NCBI GenBank assembly: GCA_043228905.1
Contig: JBHGNT010000009.1
Span: 310,001-374,000, forward strand
Source of the DNA: Azolla caroliniana
Lineage: Eukaryota > Plantae > Polypodiophyta
DNA: 64,000 nt
Direction of reading: 5' to 3'
The translations under genes were made by a program, and so were the position numbers. This document shows positions 12,481 through 27,500 of this stretch, one piece after another. Each line of letters opens with the position of its first letter. Position 1 is the stretch's first letter. The notes under the pieces were generated by a model. It did no database searches. It worked only from the letters and a program-made list of their open reading frames with translations, and was not told the DNA's origin.

Positions 12481-13995
12481 ACACATGGTTATTTTGTTTA
12501 TGGGAACACAACAAAATTCTTCCCAATAATATAAAAATGAGATAGAATTTTTTTTGCCCTACAATTATTGTCAATGGTCAATTTGGGTTGTTGTCTTTCC
12601 TTTCAAAAAACTAAATGGTCAATAAGAGCATCTTCACGTTTGCAAGACATTTGACTTATGTGCACAAACCCTTTCTTGGTAATTTCCTCTCTGTGGGTTT
12701 TGTGTTGGTAAGGTAAGCTATCCCTTCGCGATTCCATTATCTTTATACTAACAAGAATATCTTTGGGAGCAGTCCCCCTCGCCACAATAATGGGACAAAC
12801 ATGGCAAGCCCCTAAATCCTGTAATTGTGGGTGCCATTGTCGATCTTGGTAGGCCAAGGATGCTTAGGCTACACAATCGATGAGCCATCCCATTCTCTAT
12901 CTCTTTGGACCTCTATTATCTCTTGAATGCACAAGGCTTCTAAAAATCCATTTCACCCTTGTCAAACCTCACGATAGTTCTGCCTACATCTATATGTCAA
13001 GGAGTGATGGAAAATCTAAATATAATAGTTAGTGTTCAATCATGAAGCTGGGTACAAGGTAGCATACAACACAGAAGGGGACTTTAAAACAACCAGCTTA
13101 CGCTTGGCTCTTGCTCAGACCCCCAGATGGGACATTTGTGAGTGGTGCATGGCTACATTGAAGTTCATGTAATCCACATTTAATCTTTATTTTTATATTC
13201 TTCTTCATACCATGGGAATAGGTGATACCCATGTCACACATTCACCACTTGATAGATAAAAGACACTCGATAGTAATATATCAATTTGCTTTTAAAGGCC
13301 AAAAGAAACATTAAATCAAATTAAAGAATTGAAATCGCCCATTGTACTTTAGTACAAAGCTATGCTAAAAAAATCTAGTAAATAAGTTACACACACTTTG
13401 GATGAGTTTCTCATGGAATTCCATGATGAGAGAGACCTGGATACCCCCTACTTCAACTGTATTATTACTTTCTTAATGCTCTAAAAATTCAAGAGACAAA
13501 ACAATATGATGTATCATTGGTGTGTTTAGCCAAAATTTTCAAAGAACCCTTGAGGCATTGAGAAAAAAATGTGTAGCATCATTCCAAATTGTGGATGGGA
13601 TACAAAATTGACAAGAATTTAATAATGCTGTGGTGTCATGATTGTGTGGACAGCCTCACGAATTTGTCATTACATTCCATACCATCCATCACGTATATTC
13701 TGCATATCATATACCAATGCACTACCAGCCTCAAAGGTGAAATGGTTTGTAAGACCTTGGTGAGCACCGAGACGGAATAATAATGTTTTTGGAACATCTT
13801 TGCCAATTTAATAAGTTTATTGCATTTCAATTCCTTGGTTTCACAGCCCGATGTATCTCTTGACTGCCCTTCGACTCTACAAAAAGGGTCTACCTATTAC
13901 GTTTGGTGCTTGATAAATCATTTGTTGAGGGAAACTGGACAAAGAACAACTTGCCATCTGAGAGCAATGTGTTTGCATACCTTAAGATGGAAAGC

Positions 13996-16352
13996 CTATT
14001 GGGTTGTAACCAAGTCGTCTAGATACAAGCATACAACAGCACAATCATCAATTCTTGATGTAGCATGGTTTGATTTCCATGCACGTACGGCAGTATCCAC
14101 AACCACCTTCCCAGCCATGGATCTAACCGGGGCTGATGCCACTACTTCCACAACTTGCTGATTACTCAAAACATCCCACACCTAGTATCACCACCAACAT
14201 GTCAAATACATTAGTTTCGATCACATAATCATGTCCAATGACATGACAGTTATATTAACCCTGATGCATTTATTTAATAATCCATCGAATTGCTTGGATC
14301 AAAAGTTCTTCAAACACGACCAATGAATGTTGCTTTACCCCATCAGTTGCAAGGACAACAAACTTGTCTCGCTTTGTCAGGTGCCAATGAGTGACCTCTG
14401 GCTCTGATATGACTCCATAATTCTTCAAACAGTAGTCACCTAATGCCCTTGACATTGCCAATCCAGGTGTGTTATGACGTGGGAGCCAAACTCTCTTCGT
14501 TGCAGGCTCATTCCGTGCGGCAAAAACACGGCCTTTCAACCGCTTGATTCGTTCCGCCTCACCTATCAATCATTAGCACACACATAATGCTATCATATGC
14601 ATATAACTGAATACACACGTGCATGCATACATCCAGATATACTTGCATGCTTCTTTACAGTGATACTTGCATCCTGCCTTATTCTGTATCCAATGTTCTT
14701 CCAGGTCTGTTTTGCATACGGCTAGTCATTTTTTAAGTTTTAGATAGTTACTTATGTATAGACATGTTCCACACATACACATGTACATCCACATGTTCAC
14801 ATATGCCTGCATGGATGTATCTATGCATGAATACATATACATATATTACATGCATCTATGCATTCCATGCTTGCAAGGCATGTACATATGTATAGATACA
14901 TGAATGCATCCACTCATGCATACACACATATATACATACATGATGCTTACACGTACATATGTTACTCATATAGGAGAGACTCAAGCTCACTTGGCAGATC
15001 TGGCTTAAGATCCACAGTAAGTTGTATGGCTACAAAACTAGAGTCATCATCTCCTAAAGTCGCCAAAACAGCCCTTGAATCTCCCACATTTCCAAGAATG
15101 AGATCGTTGTCCTAGAGGCACACAATATGAATTAACATAGATCTCAGAGAAATTTGGTTTGTTTGGCAAAAGCTTCGGCAACAACAAACCTGTCTGACGA
15201 GAGTAACAGCAGTTGTTCCACTGAAGACACAATCCACATTCTCATGTATCAAAAGCTCTCGGTCCATGGTCTTATATGCCTGGACTAAGGAATCTTTCCA
15301 AGCTCTAACTGGTGATGCCAACAAATCTTGCTGGGAATCTCGTTTATTCCAGTATGATGCCAGCATCTCTGGGAGAATCAACCCCACATTCTTTGCAACA
15401 AGATGGCCATGAGGCCCATGCCCATCAAACACTCCACAAAACACTGTCCCTGCCACTGATGCAAAATCCTAGGATATATGCAAAAGCAATATATATATAT
15501 ATACACACACATACACATAAAACCATCAAATCTACTTATGGATTTTATTCAAAACTTATATGGGCTAGATCCATTCCTTAGATGTACTCTACTTGATGAA
15601 AGAAAATATAGAAGATAACCATATATAGCTTGGAATCCCAATCAAAATTTCGTTTTTTAGTTCAAGCATTTGATACACCCATTAATCTAAGAATTTCAAA
15701 AGTATTTAGCTTTAAAATTTAAGAACTAATTTAATTTAAGCAACAGATGATCAAAAACTTGCAAATTTTCCAGTATATCAAGATTGTGTATAAATGAAAC
15801 CAAAAACGTCCAAAATTAATTGACTGAAATATTTAAGAATGATTAACATCAGGTTTGGATAGATGCAACGATGAAAGGATGAACACACTGAAATTCATTT
15901 AATCTAACCAAATCTAGATAAAATTCTTAACATTTTTCATTTTATTTAAGATGAAGAGATTTATGTAACTAGAGTCTTCGCAAACTGACCTGGATGAAAA
16001 GCATGACATCTTGGTTAACCCCTTTGTGGCCCTGTTTTGAGAACAAAGAAACAACATGATTGCCATTAGAAGACCCTTGAGGTTTCTTGGCCACTCTTTT
16101 CTTCCTTTTCACATCTTTGCTTTGTTCCTTGATCACAAGAAATGTTGGTTGATGTAAAGTTTGAGTGTGGGATGATGCATTATCATCATCATTGCGGCTT
16201 GTTTCAACGTGTTCGGCCCAGTATACATGGAACGGAGACCACAATGATGAAAGTGAAGAAGAAGATATCTGCTGAAGCACCCACCTAGAGTAGATATATT
16301 CCCACAGAACCCTACAAGGGGTTATCAAGAAACTGATGCAATCACACATCAT
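13996..16352 (-). CDS. Protein phosphatase 2C, clade E-like; 5 exons (16352-15990, 15468-15190, 15111-14991, 14562-14338, 14181-13996; inner boundaries approximate)
   Basis: Motifs QGHKGVNQD, FCGVFDGHGPHGH, SGTTAV, GNVGDSRAVL, QLTVDLKPDLP, PGLAMSRALGD, LATDGVWD and IDDCAVVCL. GT-AG junctions keep the frame. Confidence 0.93.
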
Positions 16353-17888
16353 TCACATATGATGATGTATCTTATTTTGTGGTGTCTTGATGAGCAGGAA
16401 CATGTAGTGTGTGTTGAAGACTGAAGTATATGTTTTCATATATAATATAGATAGCATGATGAAACCACATATATAAGGGTGTTATATGCCCATTGGCACT
16501 TGATCAATGGAGAGAGGGAGGCACTAGGGTCAAGCCGATATCTTGAGTGTTATTTTCTTGCTGGCAACCCCAAGAGAGGATAGAGATAGGGTGTCTCCTC
16601 CGTCTCGCTTTGTATATGTAAATTATGAGTTGGTCGAATCGATCCACGAGTTTCTCAATCAATCAATCAATTGTGCCCAAAAAGCAATCGTCTCCCACCC
16701 ATCAAAAGATCAACATTTTGTGCAACTCTTTCACGCGGATCTTTGCTTTTTTCTTCCACATGAATCAAGCCCTAAGGTACACGTACATATGTATAGCCTA
16801 TAGGCGACACCTTCTTTTCTCTTAATTCCTTTTTTGCCTTTTCGGAAAACTTTTGCTTTAAGCTGGTTCTACCCTCTTATCAAAGCGTGCCACTTTTTCA
16901 TTTTCATACCAACAATTACAAAGACAAGTTTTTTCCTGCCACACACTTCGACCTTTCCTCCTTGTGAGAAATGATAAGTCTTGGGTCTTGTGTTTTAATA
17001 GCTTCATGTTAAAATCCTAAAATCTAGCTTCATGGTAAAAGTATAACATATGACCTTTTTCTTGTGTTCCGATAAGTTTTGGAGATTTATTTGTTTTATC
17101 ACTAGTCATTTTCTTTCCTTTCCTTTACAAGGTGGACTTGCTTGAATATTGGGGATTTGAAGAGCACGAACTAATCAATCATAACCGTGTGCTTTCTACA
17201 TGAAGAGAAAAATGGTCTCTTTGATTCCATTTTTCTGTTGTTTTTGTGCTAAATTTATGTTATGTGGGACTTGAATGTTGACATATATTGCAGCAGAAAC
17301 AATATTCAAACTTAATTCTCACATGGACAATGCAGCTATGGAGTTTATAAATTTAATGAACGAAAGTATAGAACCTTATCTATAGGATGGTTAATCGAAT
17401 CATATGTCGACAAGAAGTACACTAAAGCAATGAATTATTGAGTGAATTTTGTATCGTGAAATATTGCACAACATCACGGAAAGGACCATTGCCACCCACA
17501 CTTACATTGAAATGTAGCTTTTATGAGTAGAACCTTTTAAATAACATATCATTTTCAATGCCATCCTTTTCGAAGGCAGTTGATATTGCACATGATCTTT
17601 ACCTCAAATTTTAATTGACTAAGAGTTTTTAGGATGGACACAATGTTAAATCAACCACACCGCTATAAATTAGCACAAAGTTTGCCACTACGTTATCGTG
17701 ATCATATATTTGTAATGTACTATTTAGTTGTTATGACGTCTATCTATATTCTCAATAATTTATTGCGACACCTTAAAGTGTCCTATATGAGGTATAAAGA
17801 TCATCCTTTTATTGTCCCTAACACTCAATCTTTAGCCATGATGGCTAATATACCGGCCATAATAGGATAAGTTGTTGGCATCAATACC

Positions 17889-18181
17889 ACACGTGTCTAT
17901 CTACAACCAATAATAATTAAGGGTAGCAAGGTGATTTGTGCAATGGAAGGTTTACAGCATGTTTTTACTAACACCGAACCTTCAACATGCTATTCTTATT
18001 CTGGAACATTATACTTGCAAGGTATGGAAATGTTCACACTGGATTGTACTTGCACTTTTTAAGGTTTACATTAATCCAATTGTACATATTTCACACAGAT
18101 CCTAAAGCATGCTCTAAACAGTCCATTGCATAGATCACCTCGCTACCCGTAATAATTATTTAGTTGCAGTTAGGCATGCGC
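17889..18181. mobile_element. Old Mutator-type MITE / foldback with 9-bp TSD
   Basis: ~70-bp imperfect inverted repeats (gggtagcaaggtgatttgtgcaatgg vs ccattgcatagatcacctcgctaccc). Direct repeat ATCAATACC at 17880-17888 and 18182-18190. Confidence 0.75.
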
Positions 18182-19121
18182 ATCAATACCCCTTACGGTA
18201 TGCATAATGTATTTGTGTGCACATACAAATTGGCATGGCTTCTGAACACCAACACAAATGCTTGACTAGGCTCCATCCTTTGTGGACTTTCACTGATTGA
18301 GATTGATATGCTTGGATGAGAAATTGAGGTTCCTACCTTGCAAAGAAGATGGTAATCAGAGAGCATAAAATTCTACATGAGTCCAACATACAAATGTATC
18401 CTTGTCTTTGAAAAAAGGCAATGTTTTCACATTGTGCATTGATATGTAATACCTTGGAATTTGGATCCATATCAACGTTTGGTATTTACATATGTGCACG
18501 AGTGAAATTCAATGTTGTGCACATTGTATATCCATGATCCAAAAATCCATGAGCATGCCATGATACATGCACGATCTGTACACATGAACATTCCATGATA
18601 CATCTATGAAGAAGCATGCATGGCATACCCACAACATGGTGTTGTACCCTTCCATGCTCGTGTCCATTTATGCATTCTCTTTCTAAAGAGATGAGTCTAG
18701 GTATAGGTCAATTCCAGATCTAGACTAGGGCAACCACAGGGTCGTCTACAACCAGATGGGTCAATCTCATGTCAGAGAATTATTTCTCAATAACTTAATG
18801 TTGAGTGAGTGTCATTAGGCTGTTGGAGGAGGGCCTTAAAGCATCAATTAGCTTATACCCTCGGTAAGCCTGATGAAAAACTGGTCGCAGTATTACATGC
18901 TTCTCAAAATTCACCATCAGTTTTTGAATTTCATCAATCGCATTGCCCATCCATCAATTTGTTATAAGATTTGCAGAAATCTTGCTGTTTTTTACTCACT
19001 TTTATATGTAGGTCTAATCAAATTTGTTCCTAACTGCTTTCATCCACTCTTGACTCCTGGTCTGAGAACTTTTATTTCTGTTACTTCATCCACCCAGTTG
19101 TTTCATACATTCTGAACAGTA

Positions 19122-19325
19122 AAATCTGTTCTAGAACATAAGGTCATTGTTATTGCATTTTTCTAGTTGATTCTCACCTCTACAAGCCAATGCTCTCCTA
19201 TGTTTGATTACCTGCTTTATACTTTTGTTTTGTTGGGCAATCTGTTCTAGCACATAGGGTCATTGTTATTGCATTTTTCAAGTTGATTCTCACCTCTACA
19301 AGCCAATGCTCTCATATGTTTGATT
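19122..19325. repeat. ~87-bp direct duplication
   Basis: aatctgttctag..cata.ggtcattgttattgc...aagccaatgctctc.tatgtttgatt occurs twice. Confidence 0.9.
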
Positions 19326-20374
19326 TTAAACCTATTTCTTTTCTCCTCTGCTTCTTCTGCCGTTAAGCTAGTGGTTAATATCTCTGTCCTATCGTCGTCG
19401 CTTAGCCAAATGCGCCACAATTTCTTTTGCTTGCTCTGCAGTGCATAGGATTAAATCCATCCCAGTTTCTCTTGAAATTTATGGTTTCTATAAGCAAGGT
19501 TGGGATATCTGCTTTGATAAGATTCTCTTTTCTCATATCCTTGGAAGAACTATTTACGGTAGCACAAGGGGTTTTCTCTCATCCTTGATGAGCTCCACCA
19601 TTGGCCTGATGCCTTTCTTCTCTGACCACTTGAGCATCGATGTCTTTCTTAGAGTGTTCGTTCTCGTTCTCCAACCCAGGTGCAGCGATTCTTTCCATTT
19701 CCTTTCTCCCGTCATATAAACATCCTTCTTTCAGATCCGATCTTCGTTGCTATGTCCTCCATCCATCCCTTTGGTTGAGGAACAAAACCTGCTACCACAT
19801 CGATAAGATCAAGAGATATACTGCTTTTTCGTCTCTTATACAGTCGTAAACCTAAGGTTATTCTCAGCAGTAGTAGCAGCAGCCCTACCTCTTCATCCGT
19901 TTGCTCTGACACGAGACCATGGGATTCCTTAACTCGCTACCATGTATGTGTACTCACTCCCTCCATCAGAATCACACCATCCCTCCCGCAAGCATATACT
20001 AATCGAGGAAGGCATCCGATCGATGCAGAGAGTGCCCACATATACATATAGCTCAGAAGAATTCATCCCATTCCATCTGACTTCCTTTTGTGGATTTGTG
20101 AGCAATGGAAGGGGCCTGTTGGATCGACCGATCGGTCGATCGATCATACATGGTGATCTTATCTTTTTGGATCACGTGGAATGCAGAACTCTTTGGATTC
20201 ATTATGGGAATGTCTGTCATTGATAAGATTTGGGTTATTGGTGACAAGGAGGAACAACCTGCGAAACCCTTTGGACACTACACTACCTCCATGAAATCAG
20301 GAAGACCTAACACTGACCTTGCCATGATGCTCACACCCGGACGATAATCTCTTTCAAGTTCCATGTTCGATATC

Positions 20375-20770
20375 ATGCAAGTTTCAATGTTTGTGGCAAG
20401 GCTCTTCCAAAATCGTGGAACTGAAACGTTGTCGTTAAAAACGGTCTGATTTCTCTATTGATGTTCTATGTGTCTTGGAACTTGGGAAGCAACATCTATT
20501 GTTGTTGTTGTATGTGATTTGATCAGTGATTATTGTGGGGAGTTTTGCATAGACGATTGGTCTATCGATTTAATGCAAGTTTCAAATGTTCGTGACGAGG
20601 CACTTCCAAAATCGTGGAATAGAAACCTTGTCGTTAAACAACCCGATTCTTTCTCTATTGACGTTCTACGCGCTTGGAAGCAACATTTGTTGTTGTTGTT
20701 GTTGTTGTATGTGATTTGATCAGTGATGATGATTGTGTGGAGTTGCATTGACGATTGGTCCGTCGATTTA
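20375..20770. repeat. ~198-bp tandem duplication
   Basis: atgcaagtttcaa...ttccaaaatcgtggaa...gtatgtgatttgatcagtgat...gacgattggtc..tcgattta occurs twice. Confidence 0.85.
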
Positions 20771-21329
20771 AAACTAGAAATCGGGTGTTATTGGATCCAT
20801 TTGTTTTTACTTACTTTTCCTTAAATATCTAAGCTTTTAGTTATGTGAACATTGGCGCGTTTCCAAAGTAGACCAGGAGTGTCCACAATGTTCGTGTGGA
20901 ATCCATCACAAATCTGGTTGACGTAGTGTACATGTTAAGGATACAACTAATGATTAAGCAATTAGTCGTATAAGTAAAGGAAAGAAATGGATTAAGGGCA
21001 CTTTTCCACCCTTGATCGAAGGAAGTGAGACGGGTCCTAAACACCATTAACATCTCATGCCATCAAACTTTGTTGTAGTAGCAAGAGTTTCATCGCATCA
21101 TTAGTGTCTCACAACATTCCAACGGAAATGTTTATATGTCCCCCACGAATATGGTTCGCTTATACTCCTCCTTTTGTTATTGGGAAAACTTACGTCCGTA
21201 GGTCACCACATGTGAGTTGCCTCAATCCCTAAAACAACCTTTCAAACAATTAGAACTTAACCCTTGCATAATATAATATATATATATATATATAAAGGTT
21301 CAGCACATGATACCACCGAGACTACCACA

Positions 21330-22250
21330 TCTATCAAGTATATAGATGGATCAACATCTTTGTCACCTTCATTAATGATACCATGAGGAAATTGTGAGGG
21401 CATTCCTTGAAGGACAAGGATGAAGCCTTCTTGACTTTGAAGGTGTAGTTTGCAATAGTGTGTATGGAAAAAAGTTGTGTAGTTATCAATGAATGTTTGG
21501 AGGAATACATAGAGAGCTTACATGCTCATATACTGTAGTTCCAAATGGAGTACTAAAAAAGATGAATCGAACTTCTAAGATCGAGTAATCTTGATGGATT
21601 CTCCAACACACTAAAATGAATCATGAGTTTATAAACATATCCAATGTTAATTGTTGTCCATATCATTAATGTCTCTTTAAGAAAATCAAAGGGATTGGAG
21701 GTAGCATATGAGCTTTGGAGTGGAAATACCTCAGCTTATAGCTACTTGCAAACTTTGGGTTGTAAGGCATTTGATCACATGCCCAATAATATACGTCAAA
21801 AGGTCAAATATGACCTATATTTGGACCAAAATTGAAACAATTTCACATAGTCATTAGTATGTGTGGACTGGAGTAGTGAATCTCAATGTTCAAGAATTTT
21901 ACTAATGAAGTTTACAATTCAGAGTGCATATTGTAACTATGGGAGGAATGTGTGAGGAGTGGAGTGGATTGATAATCATCTGTGGAAACCAAACTCAAAT
22001 GTTGTCAAAGGGGGAGTGTTGTATCTAAGTGTGATGCTCATACTCTTGAATGTGTTAATGGAAAATTACACATAGTAGGCAAGTCTCCTCACATATGCTC
22101 CAACCCATCATCTCACATAGAATATAAGTAATATGAAAGCAATGGAGTAGACAAAAGGATGGGCTCTTGCATATATCAATGGTGATTTAATGTAAAGAAT
22201 GTCAATGTTAATAGAAATAATGTCATATTCTTTGGTTTTAATAATTCTAT
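21330..22250 (+). mobile_element. Highly decayed Ty1/Copia remnant (integrase, PPT, LTR start)
   Basis: FVTFIND...LKDKDEAF-like integrase frame and LQTLGCKAF. PPT AAAGGGGGAG is followed by TGTTG at ~22017. Confidence 0.7.
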
Positions 22251-24584
22251 GAGGCTTAATATTTGTTGGTTAGCCCACCATAAGGAAAACGACCCCTTGG
22301 GACTCAATGAGTTAGTAGTGAGCCTTTACAATTGCGACACTCCAATATATGAGAATCCCTTTACGGAAACTTTTTTTTTTCCCAAAAAAAATACTACATT
22401 AGTATTAGAAAACACCATAAGGCTAAACATACAAGATATACCATCGATCCCCTATGTTTTTCTAAATTCTAACCATCAGCTTAAATAAATACTTTGGTGT
22501 TGAGTAGAACCACTCCACCTTATCAAAACGCCATCTATAAAATATACCTATGTTCCAAATGGCATGAAACTCCAAACGCTTAAGCTCCGCTTGATGCGTA
22601 TTACCTTTTATACTATCCAAACCCCTATGAGATTATGCACAATCTCTATCCAAATTCCCAAACCCTTTACGGAAACTTGATTCACATTTTTAGATTTTGC
22701 ACAATTTGTAAAGCCAACATTTTTAACACATCATTGAGTTTAGTAGGACTTAACTTGGAAATCATGTTTAATTCCAAACAAATGCACAATGTAAAACATT
22801 GTGAAAGATAATGATCAATTGATATTGACCATATATGCCACAAATAATGGATTTGATCAAAGAACATGTTTCCCCTTTGATATCTACAAAATATGTATGA
22901 TTAGAAACGAGTAAGGGGTTCAAAACCACTGAAAATGTATCAAGATATAACATTGCCAATTTTTTGTCTGGTATGTTTATATTGCTTGTTTGTCAAGCAA
23001 TTTTGATGCTACATTCACCTTTCCTTTTTCCAATAATAAATACATAAAATTGTTATTGGTGTAGCTCGTTGAGAAAGTTGGCATGATAGTAACGTTTTCA
23101 CAAGAGTTCGAAACAAACAGCAAATAGACAATGCAACAACCATAAATTACACTAATTTGGCTTGCATATAGAAAGTTGTAACCATGTAAGACCTCACAAA
23201 ACTATAGGTACAACAACTGGCACCAATTATCTATAACATGTCGGTTATCATTTGTTTATTTATACAACAACTTTCGTACGCACACATATTTAACTTATTT
23301 ATATGTAGTAGGGCTACATGTCAAGACTTATAAGAGAATTTCTACTAGGCGTAACCCTCCACTTCTTGAAGTCTTACTATTGTTACAATATTAAAACTTG
23401 TGTGAACAATAAGTTTTATGTATGACTAGATTATTGAATATTTAAAGGATTATATCTAACCACTAGTTTCAAAGCTACCCATATTTCTAAACACTCAGTA
23501 TAACAATTGTAGTTACAAATCAAAGAATGTACCAAAACATTGGCGCAATGAATCTAAATCACACATAAATAGTGAAGGCTAAGTGCAACGCCAAATCATT
23601 GCACATGTTATGAAGCATTAATAGGCTCAAGTTCGTAGGAATATTACCTATAGCTTCCAATTGTATCCATGTATGCCATATACACCCCCTCTAATCTAGG
23701 CTTTTGGGAACAATTCTATATCAGTAGTTGGAAGAGGAACCAAACCGGAGGCCATCCTTTGGGAGGGGGGGGGGAAGGGAGGAGAGAGACTTTTTATATT
23801 AATGTGGGTTTTGTGAAAAACACGGAAGTATATATACTCTTTGGTAATTAATAGAGAGTAGTATTCAGATTAGTTATGGTCAACCTTTGATGATTGAAAA
23901 TATGAGATGGTCATTTCTGGTATATTCCTAAACCATAAACTATAAGAAGCAAGAACATGTGATACCTTTGTTGGGACAATGCAAATATATTATTATTACT
24001 ACTAAGAAAAGTGCTTCACCTTTACATTTGTATGTGTGTGTCTTAATGATGGTCTGGTCATTAGGTAAGCAATGTTGGATGTACATAACGTACTTAATAT
24101 TTCATTGATGAAAGTTAGTTAGCACCTTAATGGATCCTTAATCTACTTTATTAAGGAAACTTCAGAATCTTAGTGGGCCCTAGTCTAAACAATGCCATTG
24201 GCATGGGTGCTCTCCACCATTCCTTGGTCCTCTTTCCATTAGATAAATATAACTCATTGTAGTCAGATGCTTGTCATAGACTCCTTTCCCACATCATTTA
24301 CTTCAAATTTGCATTCACCATTCACATCTCTATAGATCATTGATCGAATTTCATCATTAATTTAACATCACCCCCATATTCATCGAATTATCTCCCACCT
24401 ATTTACCTCAATGCTTTGCTTGGACAATCTAGCTGAAGTCTTTTTGTGATTAACAGCTAGTTCGCCTTGTAAACCAGGGCCAGTTGGGTCTTCAAGCAAA
24501 TCGTCTCCCAATCCTCACTATTTCTCTGCATTACTATATAAAATACCCCACAAAGTTGAATTGGAACCAGAGATTCCTTTAATC

Positions 24585-27500
24585 ATGGGTTCCAATCATA
24601 ATTCAGCTAATTATAATGGTAAATGCATACATTCTAATATGGCATTGGCATCCATAGTGCTAATAACCATGTTGTTGGGTGAATACTATAATGGAGATCT
24701 TGTGGAAAGTGCTAATAGCAATGGAATGTGCCCTTTCACGGCCATCTTCAATTTCGGAGATTCGAATTCAGACACGGGGGGTTTCGTGGCGGCATTCCCT
24801 TCGCTCTCGCGCCCGAATGGAGAGACGACCTTCAACGAGCCTGCTGGGCGCTTCAGCGATGGCCGGCTCATCATCGATTTCATCGGTAAATCATACTTAA
24901 ATCTCTATACATGCTCGAAAGAGATCCGGGGTCTTTATCTAAAGTGAATGAAGGGCATAAGCTAATGTTCCCTCATGACCGTGTCGATGATCTTTTGGTC
25001 GGGCACAGCACAGGGCTTGGGATTCCCATACTTGAACCCATATCTGGCAGCTATAGGGTCGAATTTCACGAGTGGGGCTAACTTTGCGAGTGCCGGGGCA
25101 TCAGTGCTGCAGCCCGGCCGAGGACTTACGCGCCCCGACGGATGGCTCAGCCCCTTCTACCTCCAAATCCAGCTCAACCAGTTCAGTGAGCTCAAATCCA
25201 AATCCCTAGAGCTCTTCTCCAAAGGTGAGTGTGCCTCTTCCACTTCTTCTCCTCCAAGTGTCACTAATTATGTGGTAACTATGGTTATGTCCCCAAACAC
25301 ATGGACCTTTAGACCCATACACGTCATACTCGATTGGCTCTCATACATTAGCTGAATGTTTTGTTTTGCTTCTCGAGCCGGAGTTTGTAAGAAGCATATG
25401 TTTTTCGAGCCGGAGTTTGTAAGAGACATAAGGGATATGGCAACATTGAATAGACCCTCATGGACACTTGGTATAACAACACATGCACAAAAATCGGTGG
25501 TTTACATCTATGTGTGAATATAACTCTTTGTCAATTAATTTGCGTACCATAAGGGACCTAACCCTTTCCCAAATTTACCTTGACATAGATAGTGTGGCAT
25601 GATCACTTTAGCCTTGATCCTCATGGGATCAATAGAGTACAAAGGGAGGTAGGACCCATGCCACTTTAAGTTATCATGTCATGGTTTTGCTGGAACAAAT
25701 ATCACCTAAGAGCTTGAAGAGTAGTCTTTGTTAGATTGTTATAAACCACATGCTCTAATCCTCGACGCTCCTATGCCACAAGAGAACTAGTTCCTAGATC
25801 ATTTTCATGTTTTGAGAATATGGTTGCCATATGTTCATTAAACGAGAACGTAAATCATCATCGTGATCTAATATGGCTGAAATTAATGGGCATATTTCCA
25901 TCCTTCTACAATGTGCTTTTAGACATGGCAAACATAAATCAATACCTATAGGCTATAAGGATTGAGAGCTTCGACCACCACAATAGCTTGATTATATGTA
26001 TCAAACACTTTCAAGAATAAACATTTTAAATTTAAAGACACTTCTAAATGCAATTATATAGAATATTTTTCCTTGAACATGGCCAAGTAAAAAGGCATGT
26101 GGTATTCTTATGCACAACTATCGATATCTTGAGACTTATGATAACTAATTTTTCTTTATTATTGTCTAAAAATGTAGGTGAGTTTTGAATTCTAAAGAAA
26201 AACAGCATTCATCTCAACAAATGAGAAACAATTCACCTCACTAGAAATGCATCTTTGAACCATTCCACACCATTCTTATCGTGTATCATTTATTACACCC
26301 TTATTGGAATAGGATAAGGGAAACTACCAACTAGTACCAATAAAATAATTTGGACAATGTCATGCACTATTAACTTTGTTACACCATGAGCTGGAAATTA
26401 TCATTAAAGACATCAATGGTGTCATATCTCCACAACACAAGGAATGAATTGATAACTTTTTTTTCTGTGGCGTATGCTAATAAAACAATTTAACTCTTGT
26501 TCTTTTTTATGATATTTATTATTAGATTTCATAATCCTTGATATAATTCCTTTGAAAACTAGAGCTCTCACATGTTAAATTCATGTGTGTATATCTCTAA
26601 TTAGGAACATGTTTTTGTCTAGGTTGGTTTAAAGATGTTTTGCCCTTGCCATCAACATTTGCATCCGCATTGTACACAATTGATATGGGCCAAAACGATT
26701 TGACAGCACAATTGTCCGTTGGCACTCCATTAGATCAAGCATCCTCTATATTCCCTCAAGTTGTCGATGCTGTTGCCAACACTATTCAGGTATATATAAC
26801 AGTGTACTTGTAATTCCATTCCTTTTTTCTACTACGACCATATTGATACTGCTCAAGGATTTTTATTTGCAATCACCAAGTTACAACAAAAAAACACACA
26901 TTACAAACTTAATGACCATAATATCAATGAAGTTTTCTTCTTGAAAGATAGATAATATTTATTGCCATAAAAGTTAATGTTCATTCTTATGGATGATACC
27001 TCCATTTGCAGTATTTGTACACTACGGGTGCAAGGTTCTTTATGATAACAAACTTGGGTCCAATGGGATGTTATCCGGCAAATTTGGCAAATATTGCTCA
27101 TAACCCAACAGATGTAGATGCAAATGGTTGTTTAATATCCTTTAATAATGTTGTATCCAACTTCAATGATCTATTGAGAAATAGATCGTTCCTTCTTCAA
27201 ACTCAACTCTATGGAGCTTCTGTCATCTATGTTGACGTATATTCAATCAAATATCAACTTTGGGCAAATGGACCAGCAAATGGTACGCGAATCATGGGAC
27301 ATTCACTAGTTTAACTTATGTTTAATCAATATGCATTAAGTTGTTTTAAATGACTATCTAGATTAATACAAGTAATAACTTACGATAACATCAAGTTGAA
27401 AGTGTGTCATTTACAAATAGATCATACCAAGTTGAAAAGCTAAATCTAGATGGTTATGCTATACATAAATTACCAAATAATTACGACATAAAACTATTAA

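Noticed and set aside
22682-22959. Possible SWIM/MULE transposase remnant
   Set aside because: Too degraded; the diagnostic Cys/His spacing is not recoverable.
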